Positions 1 through 11,234 of a stretch of 64,000 nt of DNA are shown in pieces. The DNA comes from Longimicrobiales bacterium (lineage in GTDB: Bacteria; Gemmatimonadota; Gemmatimonadetes; Longimicrobiales; Gaopeijiaceae): assembly GCA_963422615.1 (NCBI GenBank), contig OY730414.1, positions 620,001 to 684,000 on the forward strand. The letters run 5' to 3'. The translations under genes and the position numbers were made by a program. Below the pieces are notes generated by a model. That model had not been told where the DNA came from. It was given only the letters and a program-made list of their open reading frames with translations, and did not search any database. Every line of letters starts with the position of its first letter. The stretch's first letter is position 1.

Positions 1-2
1 TC

Positions 3-3000
3 TGGTCTCCCGTATTTACGGTCCGACCCGAGCCGGGAGAGTGGATCGCTCTCGACCGCCTTTTTGGATCCGTTGGTCCGGCTGCCGACCCCGTTTCTCC
101 GGGAGGGGGCGTCGAAGATGATACTCCCTCCCCCGCGTTCAAGATTCGGGGGGCCCGGATACACGGCGGCACCGTGGTCATGCGGAGCGGCGGCGGTGCC
201 CAAGAGCGGGTGGAAGACATCGAAGTGGATTTTTCCCAGGTCGAGGTGTTCCCCGAGAGGGGCATTTACGCCAGGGTCGCCGTGGAGCGCACGACGTTTT
301 CCCTTCCCGTCGGAGAGAACCGGATGAGCCTGGCCATCACCGGGGGTATCGTGAATGCCGGCCGGGAAGGCGTCACCGTGGAGGCAGAAGAGTTTCGCCT
401 GCCCGGGTCGCAGGGAGAGGTCAGCGCCGTCGCCCGGCGAGAAGGAAGCGAGGGCTGGCGTACCGCCCTTGAGGTCGACTTTGCCCGCCTGTCCCTGGCG
501 GATCTGCGCTGGCTGGACGACAGATTCGACCGCGGCGTTGCCAGCGGCAAAGTCGGAATTACCATAAGCGAGCAGGGAATCGCGGCGGATCTGTCCGGGG
601 TTGAGGTCGAGCTGGACCCGGGTCGGCTGGCTCTTTCGGGGGGTCTTGCCCTGACCGGCGGACGGTTCTCCAGGGAGTCCATCCGGTTTGATGACCTGCG
701 CCTTTCGGCGCGGGCGGTGCCTACCGAAGAGGTGGGGCGATGGTGGCCTCCCGGCCTCCCTGTCACCGGGGGCGTTTCGGGGGAGATACGGGTCGACGGA
801 ATTCCGGACCGCCTGGGCGTCCAGGGATGGCTCGCGCTCGTAGACGGCCTGTCTTCGGACACGCTCGCGCTCGCCTCGGGAGGGGGCACGCTCCTGGGTC
901 CCGGTTCGGTGGAGGAGGCTTCTTTGGCCCTGACCGCCTTGGACTACAGGCTGGTGGAAGCCCTCGTGCCCGGTTTTCCGCAGACCGGGCGGGGGAGCAT
1001 TCACATCTGGGCCGACGGGGATCTGGGCAACGGCATGGCGGTCAGGGTCCGGGCAAACGGAGCGGTGGCCGGAGGTCCATCGGACTCGGTTGCTCTCGCG
1101 GGCACCCTCTTTGGGAACGCCGAAATGCCGGAAGTGTCCGAGTTCGACCTCGAAGCCACGATGAATCCGCTGTCCTTTTCCACAGTCCGGGCGTTCTTGC
1201 CCGGCGTTGCCCTGTCCGGGGAGGCCAGGGGGAACGCCAAACTGGTCGGGGAGCTCGCTCGGCTCCGTGTGGATCTGGACGTAGAGACGTCGGCGGGGCA
1301 TCTGGCTGCGGGAGGGGTGGTGAATGCCCGGGATCCGGCGGCGGGTTACGATCTGCAGGTTGCCGTCAGGGACTTCCGGCTTTCCGCGCTGCTTCCAAGG
1401 CTCCCCGAACCTACCGTCGTGTCGGGCATGGCCCACGTCACTGGGCGCGGGCTCACGCTTCGGGAAGTCCGCAGCGCGCTGGTCCTCCATGCCGGGTCCT
1501 CCTCCGTCGGCCCGGTTCAAGTGGATTCCGCGACCATAGAGGTGCGGGTGGGTGACGACGGCATCCTCGACTTCGAGTCCGTCTACGCCGAAGCGGGAGG
1601 TGTGGTGATCCGAGGCCAGGGAAGCCTGGGCACTGCCCCGGAACCCCTGGGTGAAGGCGTCATCCTATCCGTTTCCTCGCCTTCGATATCGCTGTTGCGT
1701 CCCCTGTTCATGGACGAAAGCCGGGTCGCATGGGACGCGTTGCCGCCCATCGAGCAGAACTTCATGATCGAGGCGTACGGCGTGGATCCTGACACCTTCC
1801 CGGTAACCCGGGACCTTCGCTTCGGGGGCGCCGCCGAAGGCGAAATTCGGATCCAGGGCCGCTTGGACCGACTTTCCGCCGAGGCATCCGTCACCTTTGA
1901 GGCTCTGGAATACGGTTCCTACTCGGCGGGCTCCCTCACTCTGGATCTCACGGCAAGGGAACTTGATTTCTTCCCTTCCGGTCCGGAATTCCAGACCGGA
2001 AGCTCCACGACCGAGTCGTTGCCGTCTCGGGTAGAGCGGACTCCCGTCGGCGTGCTCGCGGGAACCATCACGGCGGATTCGGTCTTTTTCGGGGACCTGG
2101 CGTTTCAGACTGCACAGATTGCGGGAGACTACGACTTGGTGGGACTCGGGCGGTTGCGCGCCCTAGCCGTTCCCTCGGAGAGGGAGTCCTACGAGGCGCA
2201 CGCGATGCTTCGTCTGGGAGTGGACGGAGGTCGCGTCGATCTGGACCGGCTCAACCTGATCCTGGACGATCGGCAGTGGAGACTCAGGGAACCGGCGAGC
2301 TTCGAGTGGAGTCCGGATGCCCTGATCGTCAACGACTTCGGCCTCATCCAGCCAGGAACCCACGGGCTCGATGCCCGGGCTGACGGACGTCTTGCCCGGC
2401 GGGATGGGAAATCGGATTTCGAGTTCCGGGTGAGCGGCCTTGATCTCGACATGCTGGGCCGCATTCTGCAGAAGGAGGACCCGCCGATGGGACGGTTATC
2501 GGCCGACCTTACGGCGCGGGGCTCCGGGGAGCGTCCGGAATGGGAGGGTGCCCTCCAGATCGAGGATGCGGAGTACGGGATATTCGGTTTCGACCGGATC
2601 ACGGCGAACGGAAGCTACGCCGACCGGATCGCAGCCGTCTCGGCCGAAACCTGGACGGACGCCCGCCGAACGATCCGCGTCGAGGGGTCGATCCCCCTCG
2701 ACCTTCGCCTGAACCCCGTGGAGAACCGGGTTCTTGACGAGCCGATTGAGGTGACGGCGGCGGCCGACTCGTTCCCCCTTGCGGTGATCATGAGCGCCCT
2801 GAACAGCGTGGAAGAGGTGGGTGGAACCGTTTCGGGCACCCTGGAAGTCCGCGGCCGACCTTCGGAACCGAAACCCACGGGGGCTTTTCGAGTGATGAAC
2901 GGCACCGGCGTTCTCTCTCCCCTCGGGGTTCGGTTTACGTCTGCCCAAGTCGCACTGGCACTGAGCCCCGATGGTAGATTGGCCGTAGACGGGTCGGCCC

Positions 3001-4160
3001 GATCCGGGGGCTCGATCCGGATTCGGGGAGCCGTGGATATTGGCCAGCCCGCGAACCCGATCTTCGATCTGGCCTTCTGGTCCCAAGATTTTCAGATCGT
3101 GGACCGGCGGGATATGGAAGCGGCGGTGAGCGGCGACTCCATCACCCTGACCGGCTCCTACAACCTGCCCTTCATCCAGGGAGCGCTGGACGTGCAAGGC
3201 GCGACCGTCTTCATTGAAGAATTCCTGCGCTCGTCAGAGGCTGTGAATTTCTATGACCCGGTGCTCTTTGGTGCGGCGACGGCCGACGGCGGAGACCTGA
3301 AGCCCCCGAATCCGTTCCTCGCCAACCTTCGCGTCCTTGTCGACATGAACGTGGGCCGGGAAAACCGGCTGCGGTCCCGAAACATGAATGTGGAGACATC
3401 CGGCGACCTCTCGGTCACCTTTGACCGGGAACGGAACCAGCTGACCCTTCAGGGAACGGTTGAGGTCGTTCGGGGAACCTACAGCATTCCGCCGCGCACC
3501 TTCACCATGACCGAAGGAAGTATTCGCTTCGTGGGGATTCCCGGTTTCAACCCCGACCTCTCGGTCACGACCGAACACCGTCTCCGCACCCGGGACGGTC
3601 AACCTCTCACGATCACGGCCAACATTACCGGTACGCTCCTTTCTCCCCTGGTTGCCCTGTCCAGCGACGCCGAGCCCGAGATTCCGGAGGCCGACCTGTA
3701 CAGCTACCTCCTCCTGGGTCAACCCACCTCGGCTTTGACGAGGAGTGCCCAGGATGCCTCTTTTGGGGCCGGCCGGAATCTGCTGCTGGGCCAGGTAGCC
3801 AGCCAGATCGGCTACCTTCTTGCTCTGGAGCTGAATCTGGACCACCTGTCCGTGTCTCAGGCGGAACAGGGTTTGGCCAACGCTGCCTTTGGGGCGTCTT
3901 CGCTCCAGGTGGAGGTGGGCAAATACCTGTTGGACAATATCTTCCTTACGGGCGTCTACCAGCGGGGCTTTTGTGCCGATCCCACGCTGCCCGTCAGCAG
4001 TGGTGCAGTTCGGGTGGAAGTGGGGTTGCCCAGGGACGTGACCCTGGAAGGATTCCTGGAGGACAGGTGTACTCGGGAAGGGTTTCAGGGACTGGGAGGC
4101 CTGTCCCTCCAACTTGCCCAGATCTGGGGATTCTCCCTGTACAGGGAATGGGGGTACTGA
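3..4160 (+). CDS. tamB: Translocation/assembly module TamB-family protein (5' end lies before the window)
   Basis: Frame is open from position 3, with no stop before the listed start at 174. Over 1300 aa of amphipathic beta-strand sequence. C-terminal DUF490-like segment (RLRSRNMNVETSGDL...GSIRFVG...NPDL...ITGTLLSP.VALSS...YLLLG...VEVGKYL). Confidence 0.85.
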   Translation, partial: WSPVFTVRPEPGEWIALDRLFGSVGPAADPVSPGGGVEDDTPSPAFKIRGARIHGGTVVMRSGGGAQERVEDIEVDFSQVEVFPERGIYARVAVERTTFSLPVGENRMSLAITGGIVNAGREGVTVEAEEFRLPGSQGEVSAVARREGSEGWRTALEVDFARLSLADLRWLDDRFDRGVASGKVGITISEQGIAADLSGVEVELDPGRLALSGGLALTGGRFSRESIRFDDLRLSARAVPTEEVGRWWPPGLPVTGGVSGEIRVDGIPDRLGVQGWLALVDGLSSDTLALASGGGTLLGPGSVEEASLALTALDYRLVEALVPGFPQTGRGSIHIWADGDLGNGMAVRVRANGAVAGGPSDSVALAGTLFGNAEMPEVSEFDLEATMNPLSFSTVRAFLPGVALSGEARGNAKLVGELARLRVDLDVETSAGHLAAGGVVNARDPAAGYDLQVAVRDFRLSALLPRLPEPTVVSGMAHVTGRGLTLREVRSALVLHAGSSSVGPVQVDSATIEVRVGDDGILDFESVYAEAGGVVIRGQGSLGTAPEPLGEGVILSVSSPSISLLRPLFMDESRVAWDALPPIEQNFMIEAYGVDPDTFPVTRDLRFGGAAEGEIRIQGRLDRLSAEASVTFEALEYGSYSAGSLTLDLTARELDFFPSGPEFQTGSSTTESLPSRVERTPVGVLAGTITADSVFFGDLAFQTAQIAGDYDLVGLGRLRALAVPSERESYEAHAMLRLGVDGGRVDLDRLNLILDDRQWRLREPASFEWSPDALIVNDFGLIQPGTHGLDARADGRLARRDGKSDFEFRVSGLDLDMLGRILQKEDPPMGRLSADLTARGSGERPEWEGALQIEDAEYGIFGFDRITANGSYADRIAAVSAETWTDARRTIRVEGSIPLDLRLNPVENRVLDEPIEVTAAADSFPLAVIMSALNSVEEVGGTVSGTLEVRGRPSEPKPTGAFRVMNGTGVLSPLGVRFTSAQVALALSPDGRLAVDGSARSGGSIRIRGAVDIGQPANPIFDLAFWSQDFQIVDRRDMEAAVSGDSITLTGSYNLPFIQGALDVQGATVFIEEFLRSSEAVNFYDPVLFGAATADGGDLKPPNPFLANLRVLVDMNVGRENRLRSRNMNVETSGDLSVTFDRERNQLTLQGTVEVVRGTYSIPPRTFTMTEGSIRFVGIPGFNPDLSVTTEHRLRTRDGQPLTITANITGTLLSPLVALSSDAEPEIPEADLYSYLLLGQPTSALTRSAQDASFGAGRNLLLGQVASQIGYLLALELNLDHLSVSQAEQGLANAAFGASSLQVEVGKYLLDNIFLTGVYQRGFCADPTLPVSSGAVRVEVGLPRDVTLEGFLEDRCTREGFQGLGGLSLQLAQIWGFSLYREWGY

Positions 4161-4210
4161 TGAAGTGCCCTCGGTCGTTTATGGTCTGTTAACGAAAGAG
4201 GAGTTACAGG

Positions 4211-5059
4211 ATGCAACAAGCGAGGGTGTTCCTGTTGATGGCGGGGCTGACGGCCTTCTTGGCGGTGGTCGGCGGCCTCTTGGGGGGTCGCGGCGGCGCG
4301 ATGATCGCGTTCGGCTTGGCCCTGGTCATGAATGTCGGGATGTACTGGTTCTCGGACCGGGCCGTCTTGAAAATGTACAAGGCCCGGATCATCGGGCCCG
4401 ACGATGCCCCCCGACTCTACCGTATGGTGGACCGGTTGCGGCAGCGAGCCGGCCTTCCCATGCCCACCGTTGCCATCGCCCCTTCCCCCCAGCCCAACGC
4501 ATTCGCGACGGGACGCAACCCGTCGAAGTCCGTGGTGTGCTTCACCCAGGGGATTCTTCGGGTGCTCACCCCGGAGGAGCTGGAGGGCGTGACCGCTCAC
4601 GAGCTGGCTCATATCAAGCACCGCCACATGCTGGTGGGCACGGTGGCCGCGACCTTGGCGGGAGCGGTGGGGATCCTGGCCAGCATGGCCAAGTGGACCG
4701 CCATCTTCGGTGGCCGGGACGAGGACGACAACCCATTGGCGCTGTTGGCCATGGCGATTGTCGCCCCCCTGGGAGCCATGATCATCCAGATGGCCATCAG
4801 CCGCCAGAACGAATTCGAGGCGGACCGAACGGGGGGCCAAATCGCGCGGAGTCCCCTGTACTTGGCGAACGCCCTGAAGCGGCTGGACGCGACCGCCCGC
4901 CAGATTCCCATGCAGGTCAGTCCCGCCGCGGCTCAGCTGGCAATCGTAAACCCCCTTGCCGGACGTCGGGGTTCCCCCTTCACCCGATGGTTTCGCACCC
5001 ACCCCCCAACAGAGGAACGGGTGGCCAAGCTCGTCGCGCAAGCTCGGAGATCAGCCTGA
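4211..5059 (+). CDS. htpX: Zinc metalloprotease HtpX (M48)
   Basis: N-terminal TM helices, PNAFATGR, HELAH zinc motif, SRQNEFEAD, THPP. RBS GAGGAG upstream. Confidence 0.95.
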   Translation: MQQARVFLLMAGLTAFLAVVGGLLGGRGGAMIAFGLALVMNVGMYWFSDRAVLKMYKARIIGPDDAPRLYRMVDRLRQRAGLPMPTVAIAPSPQPNAFATGRNPSKSVVCFTQGILRVLTPEELEGVTAHELAHIKHRHMLVGTVAATLAGAVGILASMAKWTAIFGGRDEDDNPLALLAMAIVAPLGAMIIQMAISRQNEFEADRTGGQIARSPLYLANALKRLDATARQIPMQVSPAAAQLAIVNPLAGRRGSPFTRWFRTHPPTEERVAKLVAQARRSA

Positions 5060-5062
5060 CCC

Positions 5063-7948
5063 TTGAGCCGCGATACCCTCGTCGTCCGTGGGGCGCGCGA
5101 ACATAACCTGAAGGACGTTTCCCTGGAGATTCCCAGGGGAAAACTGGTCGTCGTAACAGGTTTGTCCGGTTCGGGAAAGTCGTCCCTGGCCTTCGACACC
5201 ATCTATGCCGAGGGCCAGCGGCGCTACATCGAATCCCTGTCGGCGTATGCCCGCCAGTTCCTGGGGTTGATGGAGAAACCCGATGTCGACGCCATCGAGG
5301 GCCTCTCGCCGGCCATTTCCATCGAGCAGAAGACCGTGTCGCGAAACCCCCGGTCTACGGTGGGCACTGTGACCGAGATCTACGACTACCTGCGACTTCT
5401 CTACGCCCGGGCCGGCACGCCATACTGTCCCAGCTGCGATCTGCCCATCCAGCGCCAGTCGGCCACTCAGATCGTTGATCAGCTCCTGGAGCTGAAGGAA
5501 GGAGCCCGGATCCAGGTCGTGGCCCCTCTCGTCCGGGGCCGAAAGGGTCAGTTTCGGGACCTCTTCGACCGAGCCCGCCGGGAAGGCTTCGTTCGGGCCC
5601 GGGTGGACGGGAGGGTGTTTGACCTGCGGGAGGTTCCCAGTCTGAACCGGTACGAGAACCACGACATCGGGATTGTCGTGGACCGGCTGGCCGTTCGTGC
5701 GAAGGATCGGAATCGGCTCTCCGATTCCGTGGAAACCGCCCTGAGAGCGGCGGAGGGGGTCGTGGAGATCATCGAGCGGGGGGGACGCCGGGATGTTCAC
5801 CACCTCTTCAGCGAGCACTACGCGTGTGCAGACTGCGGGGCCAGCTTCCCGGAGCTGGAGCCCCGGGTGTTCTCCTTCAACTCTCCCCACGGCGCCTGCC
5901 CCGACTGTGGGGGTCTGGGAACAACCAAGGAAGTGAACGGGGCCCTCCTCGTCGCCAGTCCGTCCCTTTCCATCCTGGAGGGAGTCATCATCCCCTGGGG
6001 AGAGCCAGGGGGCCACCTTCGCCGTTCTGTCATACCGGGCCTGGCACAGGCCTACGAATTCGATCCCCGGACGCCGTGGCGCGACCTGTCCCTGGAAATT
6101 CGCGAGGCACTTCTCTACGGCTCCGGCGGGATGAAGATCCGATTCCCCTACAAAACGGGGAAAATGAGCGGCCACTACGAGGACGACTGGGAGGGGGTCG
6201 TCGCCAATGTGGAGCGCCGCTATCGGGAGACGAGTTCCCAGCACATCCGGGAACAGCTGGACGCATACATGTCGAGCCAGACGTGTGGGGGTTGCCTCGG
6301 TTCCCGGCTGGGGCCTTTCGCCAGGTCCGTGCGGATCGGGGGCTCCTCCATCAGTGGCGTTGTGGACAAACCGATCGGAGAAGTTCTTGCCTTTATCCGT
6401 TCGCTGCGGGTGACGGGAGAGCCCGTTCCGCCGGGCGTGAAGGCGGCTCCCGGAGATTCCCTCTCTGCCGAAGTGGCCGGTCCGATCCTCAAGGAGGTCC
6501 GGGAACGGCTGGGATTCCTGCGAAACGTTGGCCTGGACTACTTGTCGCTGAATCGTTCGGCGGACACCCTCTCCGGCGGGGAGTCCCAGCGAATCCGCCT
6601 CGCAACCCAGATCGGGAGCCGCCTGGTGGGGGTGCTCTACATTCTTGACGAGCCCTCGATCGGACTCCACCAGCGGGACAACCGCCGGCTGCTCCGAACC
6701 CTCGAATCGTTGAGGGACCTGGGGAATTCGGTTCTGGTTGTCGAGCACGACGAGGACACGATCCGCTCGGCGGACTTCATTGTCGACCTGGGACCGGGTG
6801 CGGGCCGGGCGGGGGGGGAGGTAGTGGTTGCCGGCTCCCCCGAAGACGTGAATGCCGAACCCCGTTCCGTCACGGGAGCGTACTTGCGGGGGGATGCGGA
6901 GATTCCCCTGCCCCGCCAACGGCGCCGGGCGGACCCGGAGCATTGCCTCACGGTTCGGGGCGCTTCGGAGCACAACCTGAAGGACATCGACGTGTCCTTC
7001 CCTCTGGGCTGCTTCGTCACCGTCACGGGGGTCAGCGGGTCGGGCAAGTCCACGCTTGTCAACGGCACCCTCTACCGGGCCCTGTCGCGCCAGCTGCACC
7101 GAAGCCGCTCCGTCGCGGGCGCCCATGAGCGCATCGACGGCCTCTCTAGCGTGGACAAGGTCATCGAGGTGGACCAGTCGCCCATAGGCCGCACGCCCCG
7201 GTCCAACCCCGCCACCTATACGGGGTTGTTCACTCCGGTTCGCCAGCTCTTCGCAGGCCTCCCCGAAGCCCAGGTCCGCGGCTATCCGGCGGGCCGCTTC
7301 TCCTTCAACGTGAAGGGCGGGCGGTGCGAAGCGTGTCGGGGCGACGGCGTGGTCAAGATCGAAATGCACTTTCTTCCCGACGTGTATGTGTCGTGCGACG
7401 TATGCCGGGGGCGCCGCTACAACCGGGAGACTCTGGATGTTTACTACAAGAGCCGAAACATCGCCGATGTTCTGGACATGACCGTGGATGAGGGTCTGGA
7501 CTTTTTCGATGCGGTGCCGCAGTTGAAACGCCGCCTGCGAACCCTGTCGGACGTGGGGCTGGGGTACATACGCTTGGGTCAGAGGGCCACGACCCTGTCA
7601 GGGGGGGAGGCTCAGCGGATCAAGCTGTCGTCCGAACTCTCGAAGAAGGCCACGGGAAGGACCCTTTATGTCCTGGATGAGCCAACGACCGGTCTTCACT
7701 TCGAGGACGTGAGGATCCTTCTGCAGGTTCTGCACCGCCTGGTCGACCGGGGGAACACGGTCGTGGTCATCGAACACAATCTCCATGTGGTGAAGACGGC
7801 GGACTGGGTCATCGACCTGGGACCTGAAGGAGGAGACGCCGGCGGACGTATCGTTGTGGCCGGTACGCCCGAGCGGGTGGCGGTGGATCCGGCATCCCAC
7901 ACCGGCGAGTACCTGGCCCCGCTTCTTGGCGTGGTTCGACCCGGATAA
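5063..7948 (+). CDS. uvrA: Excinuclease ABC subunit A
   Basis: GAREHNLK, two Walker A motifs ([16 protein letters not shown]), two LSGGE signatures, CxxC zinc fingers. 961 aa, TTG start. Confidence 0.98.
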   Translation: MSRDTLVVRGAREHNLKDVSLEIPRGKLVVVTGLSGSGKSSLAFDTIYAEGQRRYIESLSAYARQFLGLMEKPDVDAIEGLSPAISIEQKTVSRNPRSTVGTVTEIYDYLRLLYARAGTPYCPSCDLPIQRQSATQIVDQLLELKEGARIQVVAPLVRGRKGQFRDLFDRARREGFVRARVDGRVFDLREVPSLNRYENHDIGIVVDRLAVRAKDRNRLSDSVETALRAAEGVVEIIERGGRRDVHHLFSEHYACADCGASFPELEPRVFSFNSPHGACPDCGGLGTTKEVNGALLVASPSLSILEGVIIPWGEPGGHLRRSVIPGLAQAYEFDPRTPWRDLSLEIREALLYGSGGMKIRFPYKTGKMSGHYEDDWEGVVANVERRYRETSSQHIREQLDAYMSSQTCGGCLGSRLGPFARSVRIGGSSISGVVDKPIGEVLAFIRSLRVTGEPVPPGVKAAPGDSLSAEVAGPILKEVRERLGFLRNVGLDYLSLNRSADTLSGGESQRIRLATQIGSRLVGVLYILDEPSIGLHQRDNRRLLRTLESLRDLGNSVLVVEHDEDTIRSADFIVDLGPGAGRAGGEVVVAGSPEDVNAEPRSVTGAYLRGDAEIPLPRQRRRADPEHCLTVRGASEHNLKDIDVSFPLGCFVTVTGVSGSGKSTLVNGTLYRALSRQLHRSRSVAGAHERIDGLSSVDKVIEVDQSPIGRTPRSNPATYTGLFTPVRQLFAGLPEAQVRGYPAGRFSFNVKGGRCEACRGDGVVKIEMHFLPDVYVSCDVCRGRRYNRETLDVYYKSRNIADVLDMTVDEGLDFFDAVPQLKRRLRTLSDVGLGYIRLGQRATTLSGGEAQRIKLSSELSKKATGRTLYVLDEPTTGLHFEDVRILLQVLHRLVDRGNTVVVIEHNLHVVKTADWVIDLGPEGGDAGGRIVVAGTPERVAVDPASHTGEYLAPLLGVVRPG

Positions 7949-8000
7949 GCCGTGTTACCTTCTGCACGGCACCATTGAAGCGATCATCCAAGGAGAGGTC

Positions 8001-8408
8001 ATGGTCACCCGAGAAGACCTGGAAAGTTATCTGATCCGCATGGACGCGGACTTCGACGAGGTGGACGACGGGATGTTCCTCGTTCGCAACGAGAACCAAG
8101 GCGCTCCTATCGTGGTCCACCTCTCGGAGCCGCTTCTGCTGGTTCGAATGAAGGTGATGGATCTGCCGGCAGCTGCGGACGGCCTTGGCGAACTCTACGA
8201 GATGCTCCTCCGGCTCAACGCGACGGACGTGATTCACGGTGCCTACGGGATCGAGGAAAGCGAACTGATCTTGAGCGACACGCTTCAGCTGGGCACCCTT
8301 GACTTCGAGGAGCTGAGGGCCTCGCTCGAGAGCGTTCAGATCGCCGCTTCCTCCCACGTCTCCCAGATCCAGACCTTGGCCGGAGGAAGGAGGACAAACA
8401 ACCGATGA
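8001..8408 (+). CDS. CesT/Tir-chaperone (YbjN-like) family protein
   Basis: ATG at 8001 after AGGAGAGG. 135-aa acidic protein with LL.LNA...HGAYGI...LD..EL pattern typical of the T3SS-chaperone/YbjN fold. Its stop overlaps the pspA start. Confidence 0.7.
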   Translation: MVTREDLESYLIRMDADFDEVDDGMFLVRNENQGAPIVVHLSEPLLLVRMKVMDLPAAADGLGELYEMLLRLNATDVIHGAYGIEESELILSDTLQLGTLDFEELRASLESVQIAASSHVSQIQTLAGGRRTNNR

Positions 8409-9256
8409 GCATTTTCACCAGATTCTCCACGCTGATCAAATCCAACCTCAACGACATCATCTCCCGGGCGGAAGACCCGGAGAAGATGTTGAACCAGATC
8501 ATCATCGACATGCGGGATCAGCTGGCGAAAGCCAAGCGGGAGGTCGCCGCCGCCATCGCCGACGAACGCAAACTCAGGGCCGATCTTGAGGGTGAGGTCC
8601 GGCACATGCAGGGTTGGGAGCGCCGGGCCATGCTCGCCGTGAGGGAAGGAAAGGATGCACTCGCCAAGCAGGCCTTGGTTCGCCAGCAAGAGCACGCGGA
8701 ACGCACGGCGACCCTGGAAGCGACGTGGCGGGCGCAAGCAGCGGAAACCGCCAAACTGAAGGACTCCCTCCGCCAGCTCAACGACAAGATCGAGGAGGCG
8801 AAGCGAAAGCGAAACCTCCTGATCGCCAAGCAGAAGCGAGCCCAGGCCCAGAAGCGGATCCACGAGACGATGTCCGGACTGTCGGACACCTCCGCGTTTG
8901 AGGCGTTCAACCGAATGGCGGACAAGATCGAGGAACAGGAACGGCGGAGCCTGGCCCAGGCCGAAGTCACCCAGGCCCTCACCGGGGACACGTTGGAATC
9001 GGAATTTCTCCGCCTCGAGTCGGGGTCGGGAGGGGTGGACATGGACGGCAGGCTTACGGCCCTGAAGGCCAAGATGGGCATGCTCCCGTCGGGAAACATG
9101 GAAGCGCCGAAGCAGCTGGAGGCGGGGGAGGGAGACCTGGCCGAATCGTCATCTTCCGACGAAACCGATCGGGATGCTCCTTCGATCCAAGAGGCCGAGC
9201 TCCTGGAGGAGTTCAAGAAACTGGAAAGGGAAAGCGGGAACTCTCCCAGGCCATGA
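8405..9256 (+). CDS. pspA: PspA/IM30 family protein
   Basis: MSIF.RF...IKSN.N......EDPEKML.Q.I.DM start, long coiled coil, AF.RM.DKI motif, C-terminal extension. Confidence 0.93.
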   Translation: MSIFTRFSTLIKSNLNDIISRAEDPEKMLNQIIIDMRDQLAKAKREVAAAIADERKLRADLEGEVRHMQGWERRAMLAVREGKDALAKQALVRQQEHAERTATLEATWRAQAAETAKLKDSLRQLNDKIEEAKRKRNLLIAKQKRAQAQKRIHETMSGLSDTSAFEAFNRMADKIEEQERRSLAQAEVTQALTGDTLESEFLRLESGSGGVDMDGRLTALKAKMGMLPSGNMEAPKQLEAGEGDLAESSSSDETDRDAPSIQEAELLEEFKKLERESGNSPRP

Positions 9257-10098
9257 ACGTCGTCTACTTGAACGGCGATTTCCTTCCGAAGGAGGAGGCG
9301 AAGGTTTCGGTGGACGACCGGGGGTTCCTCTTCGGTGACGGGGTCTACGAGGTAACGCCCGCCTACCAGGGCCGTCTCTTCCGCTTCCCGGAGCACCTTT
9401 CCCGCATGAGGAAGGGGCTCGCCGCTCTCCGGATCGCCTTCGATCCGGATGGATTGGAAGCGGTGAAGCTCGGTCTACTGGTCCGAAACGCCCTTGACCG
9501 GGCGACGGCGGCCTACGTGTACGTACAGGTGACGCGGGGAGTCGCGCCCAGGAGCCATGCCTTCCCGAATCCGGCGGTCTCGCCCAGTGTCTACGCCTTC
9601 GCCCGTCCGTACCGACGCCCTTCCCCGGAGCGCTGGGACAGGGGGTTCAAGGCCGTGACGATCCCGGACCAGCGCTGGGCCCGCGCCGACATCAAGGCCA
9701 TTGCTTTGCTACCCAATGTTCTGGCCCAGCAGGCGGCGGCGGACGCGGGGGTCGGCAACGCAATCTTCATCCGGGACGGAATGGCCATGGAGGGCGCGCA
9801 CAACAATCTGTTCGTTGTCTCCAGGGGCATCGTCGCCACGGCCCCGAAGTCCAACTACATCCTTCACGGGATCACCCGGGACTTCGTAATGGAGCTGGCC
9901 CGGGGAATGGGGATCCCCGTCCGGGAACGGGCCATCCCTCTTGACGATCTCTTTTCCGCCGACGAAGTGTTCTTCACCGGAACCACGACGGAGATCCGCC
10001 CGGCGGTGGTGGTGGACGGAAAGGCGATCGGAGAAGGGCGTCCGGGCCCGGTCACCCGCCGGCTGTTTGAGGCATTCCTGCAGGCCGTGGCGAACTGA
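9253..10098 (+). CDS. Class IV PLP aminotransferase (D-amino-acid aminotransferase-like)
   Basis: DRGFLFGDGVYE, DIK (PLP lysine), EG..NN, IL.GITR, EVF.TGTT.E. Confidence 0.9.
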   Translation: MNVVYLNGDFLPKEEAKVSVDDRGFLFGDGVYEVTPAYQGRLFRFPEHLSRMRKGLAALRIAFDPDGLEAVKLGLLVRNALDRATAAYVYVQVTRGVAPRSHAFPNPAVSPSVYAFARPYRRPSPERWDRGFKAVTIPDQRWARADIKAIALLPNVLAQQAAADAGVGNAIFIRDGMAMEGAHNNLFVVSRGIVATAPKSNYILHGITRDFVMELARGMGIPVRERAIPLDDLFSADEVFFTGTTTEIRPAVVVDGKAIGEGRPGPVTRRLFEAFLQAVAN

Positions 10099-10276
10099 CG
10101 GCCCCTTGAATCCAGGGACCGGAGCGGGGGCACGCGGGTTCGCGCTCGCCCCTACTCTCCGGCGTTAACCCAAGTCGCCAACACGGCAAGCTGCCGGGTC
10201 GGTGTCCGGTCCTGGCGCTGATCCATCGGTTCCAAGGCGCGGGCGGCGGTGCGGACTTTCTCCGTCCGGTCCGATT

Positions 10277-10960
10277 TCAATCCGGTGGACCGGAGGGAGT
10301 CGGACGAGGCGTCAACATCTGCCGGATATCGGATTCGCGAATGTCGATCAGCTGATCGGCCAGCTGCGCGACTTCCCGGGCCACGCTGCTCCGGTGGGGT
10401 GTGGCGACGAGCACGCGCATTCCGAAGTCCTGGGCCGTGCGAATCGCTTCCGCAATGTCGCGGTCCCCGGCGATGAGTACCGCGGTCGAGCAGATCGACC
10501 GGCCGGCCAGGCGCACCATGTCCAGGGCGATCAGGGTGTCGATACCCTTCTGTTGGCGCTCCAGGCGAAATGTCCAATTCCGGTCGAACTCGGCGAGTAG
10601 CCTTTCCGGCTCCACTCCCAGGCCCAGCGCCGTATTCTCGAGTGCTCGCCGGATGGGCTGCTCCAGGCGCGACGGACGCTCGACGATGTGGCCCAGGCGG
10701 AGTTGAATTCCGGGCGTTAACCCGATGGCGTCGAAAAAAGAACGCTGCCTGTGGTACTGGGCGTGGGAGGGTTCGAAAGCGCTGTCGTACCAGTATGCCC
10801 GCAGGAACTTCTCGCCGTACAGTTCTGCCGCGACGGTACGAAACCAAGCCACAATGGCAGCGGCGTCGGGGCGGACATTGATCTGGTGTTCGCGAATCAG
10901 CCGGGCCCCCTCGGCCCGCAGGAAACCAACATCAACGAATCCGGCGTAATTTCCGGACAT
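10277..10960 (-). CDS. NYN (PIN-like) domain putative RNase
   Basis: FVDxGF, RAYWYD, QKGIDTLIALD, GDRD acidic motifs, ADQLI. GGAG RBS. Confidence 0.88.
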   Translation of the reverse strand: MSGNYAGFVDVGFLRAEGARLIREHQINVRPDAAAIVAWFRTVAAELYGEKFLRAYWYDSAFEPSHAQYHRQRSFFDAIGLTPGIQLRLGHIVERPSRLEQPIRRALENTALGLGVEPERLLAEFDRNWTFRLERQQKGIDTLIALDMVRLAGRSICSTAVLIAGDRDIAEAIRTAQDFGMRVLVATPHRSSVAREVAQLADQLIDIRESDIRQMLTPRPTPSGPPD

Positions 10961-11234
10961 TCAACGCTCCAGTTCGGACTTGGGAATGGCTCCAACGGAG
11001 CCGGACGTAAGGTTCCAGATTGGGTACATCACTGGGATGAGACCGATTAAGGTAATCACATTGCGAGCCGGTTTCCGTTTTTCGACCTTGGGTTCGACCG
11101 CCCGGGCTCGGAGTCTGAACGGAAGTTCCTCGAAAGTCGCTTTCTCTTGCGTTATCTTCTGCGGCGAAGAAATTACTGTCCCGTCTCCCACCAGCCCAAC
11201 TCCCGACCATGAGCGCCCCCCCGGGGCGAGGACA

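Noticed and set aside
5051..7369. Long antisense or alternate-frame ORFs (e.g. 5051-7369, 35699-38089, 29491-31068, 13253-14584)
   Set aside because: Shadow ORFs opposite well-supported genes, expected at high GC. No motifs.
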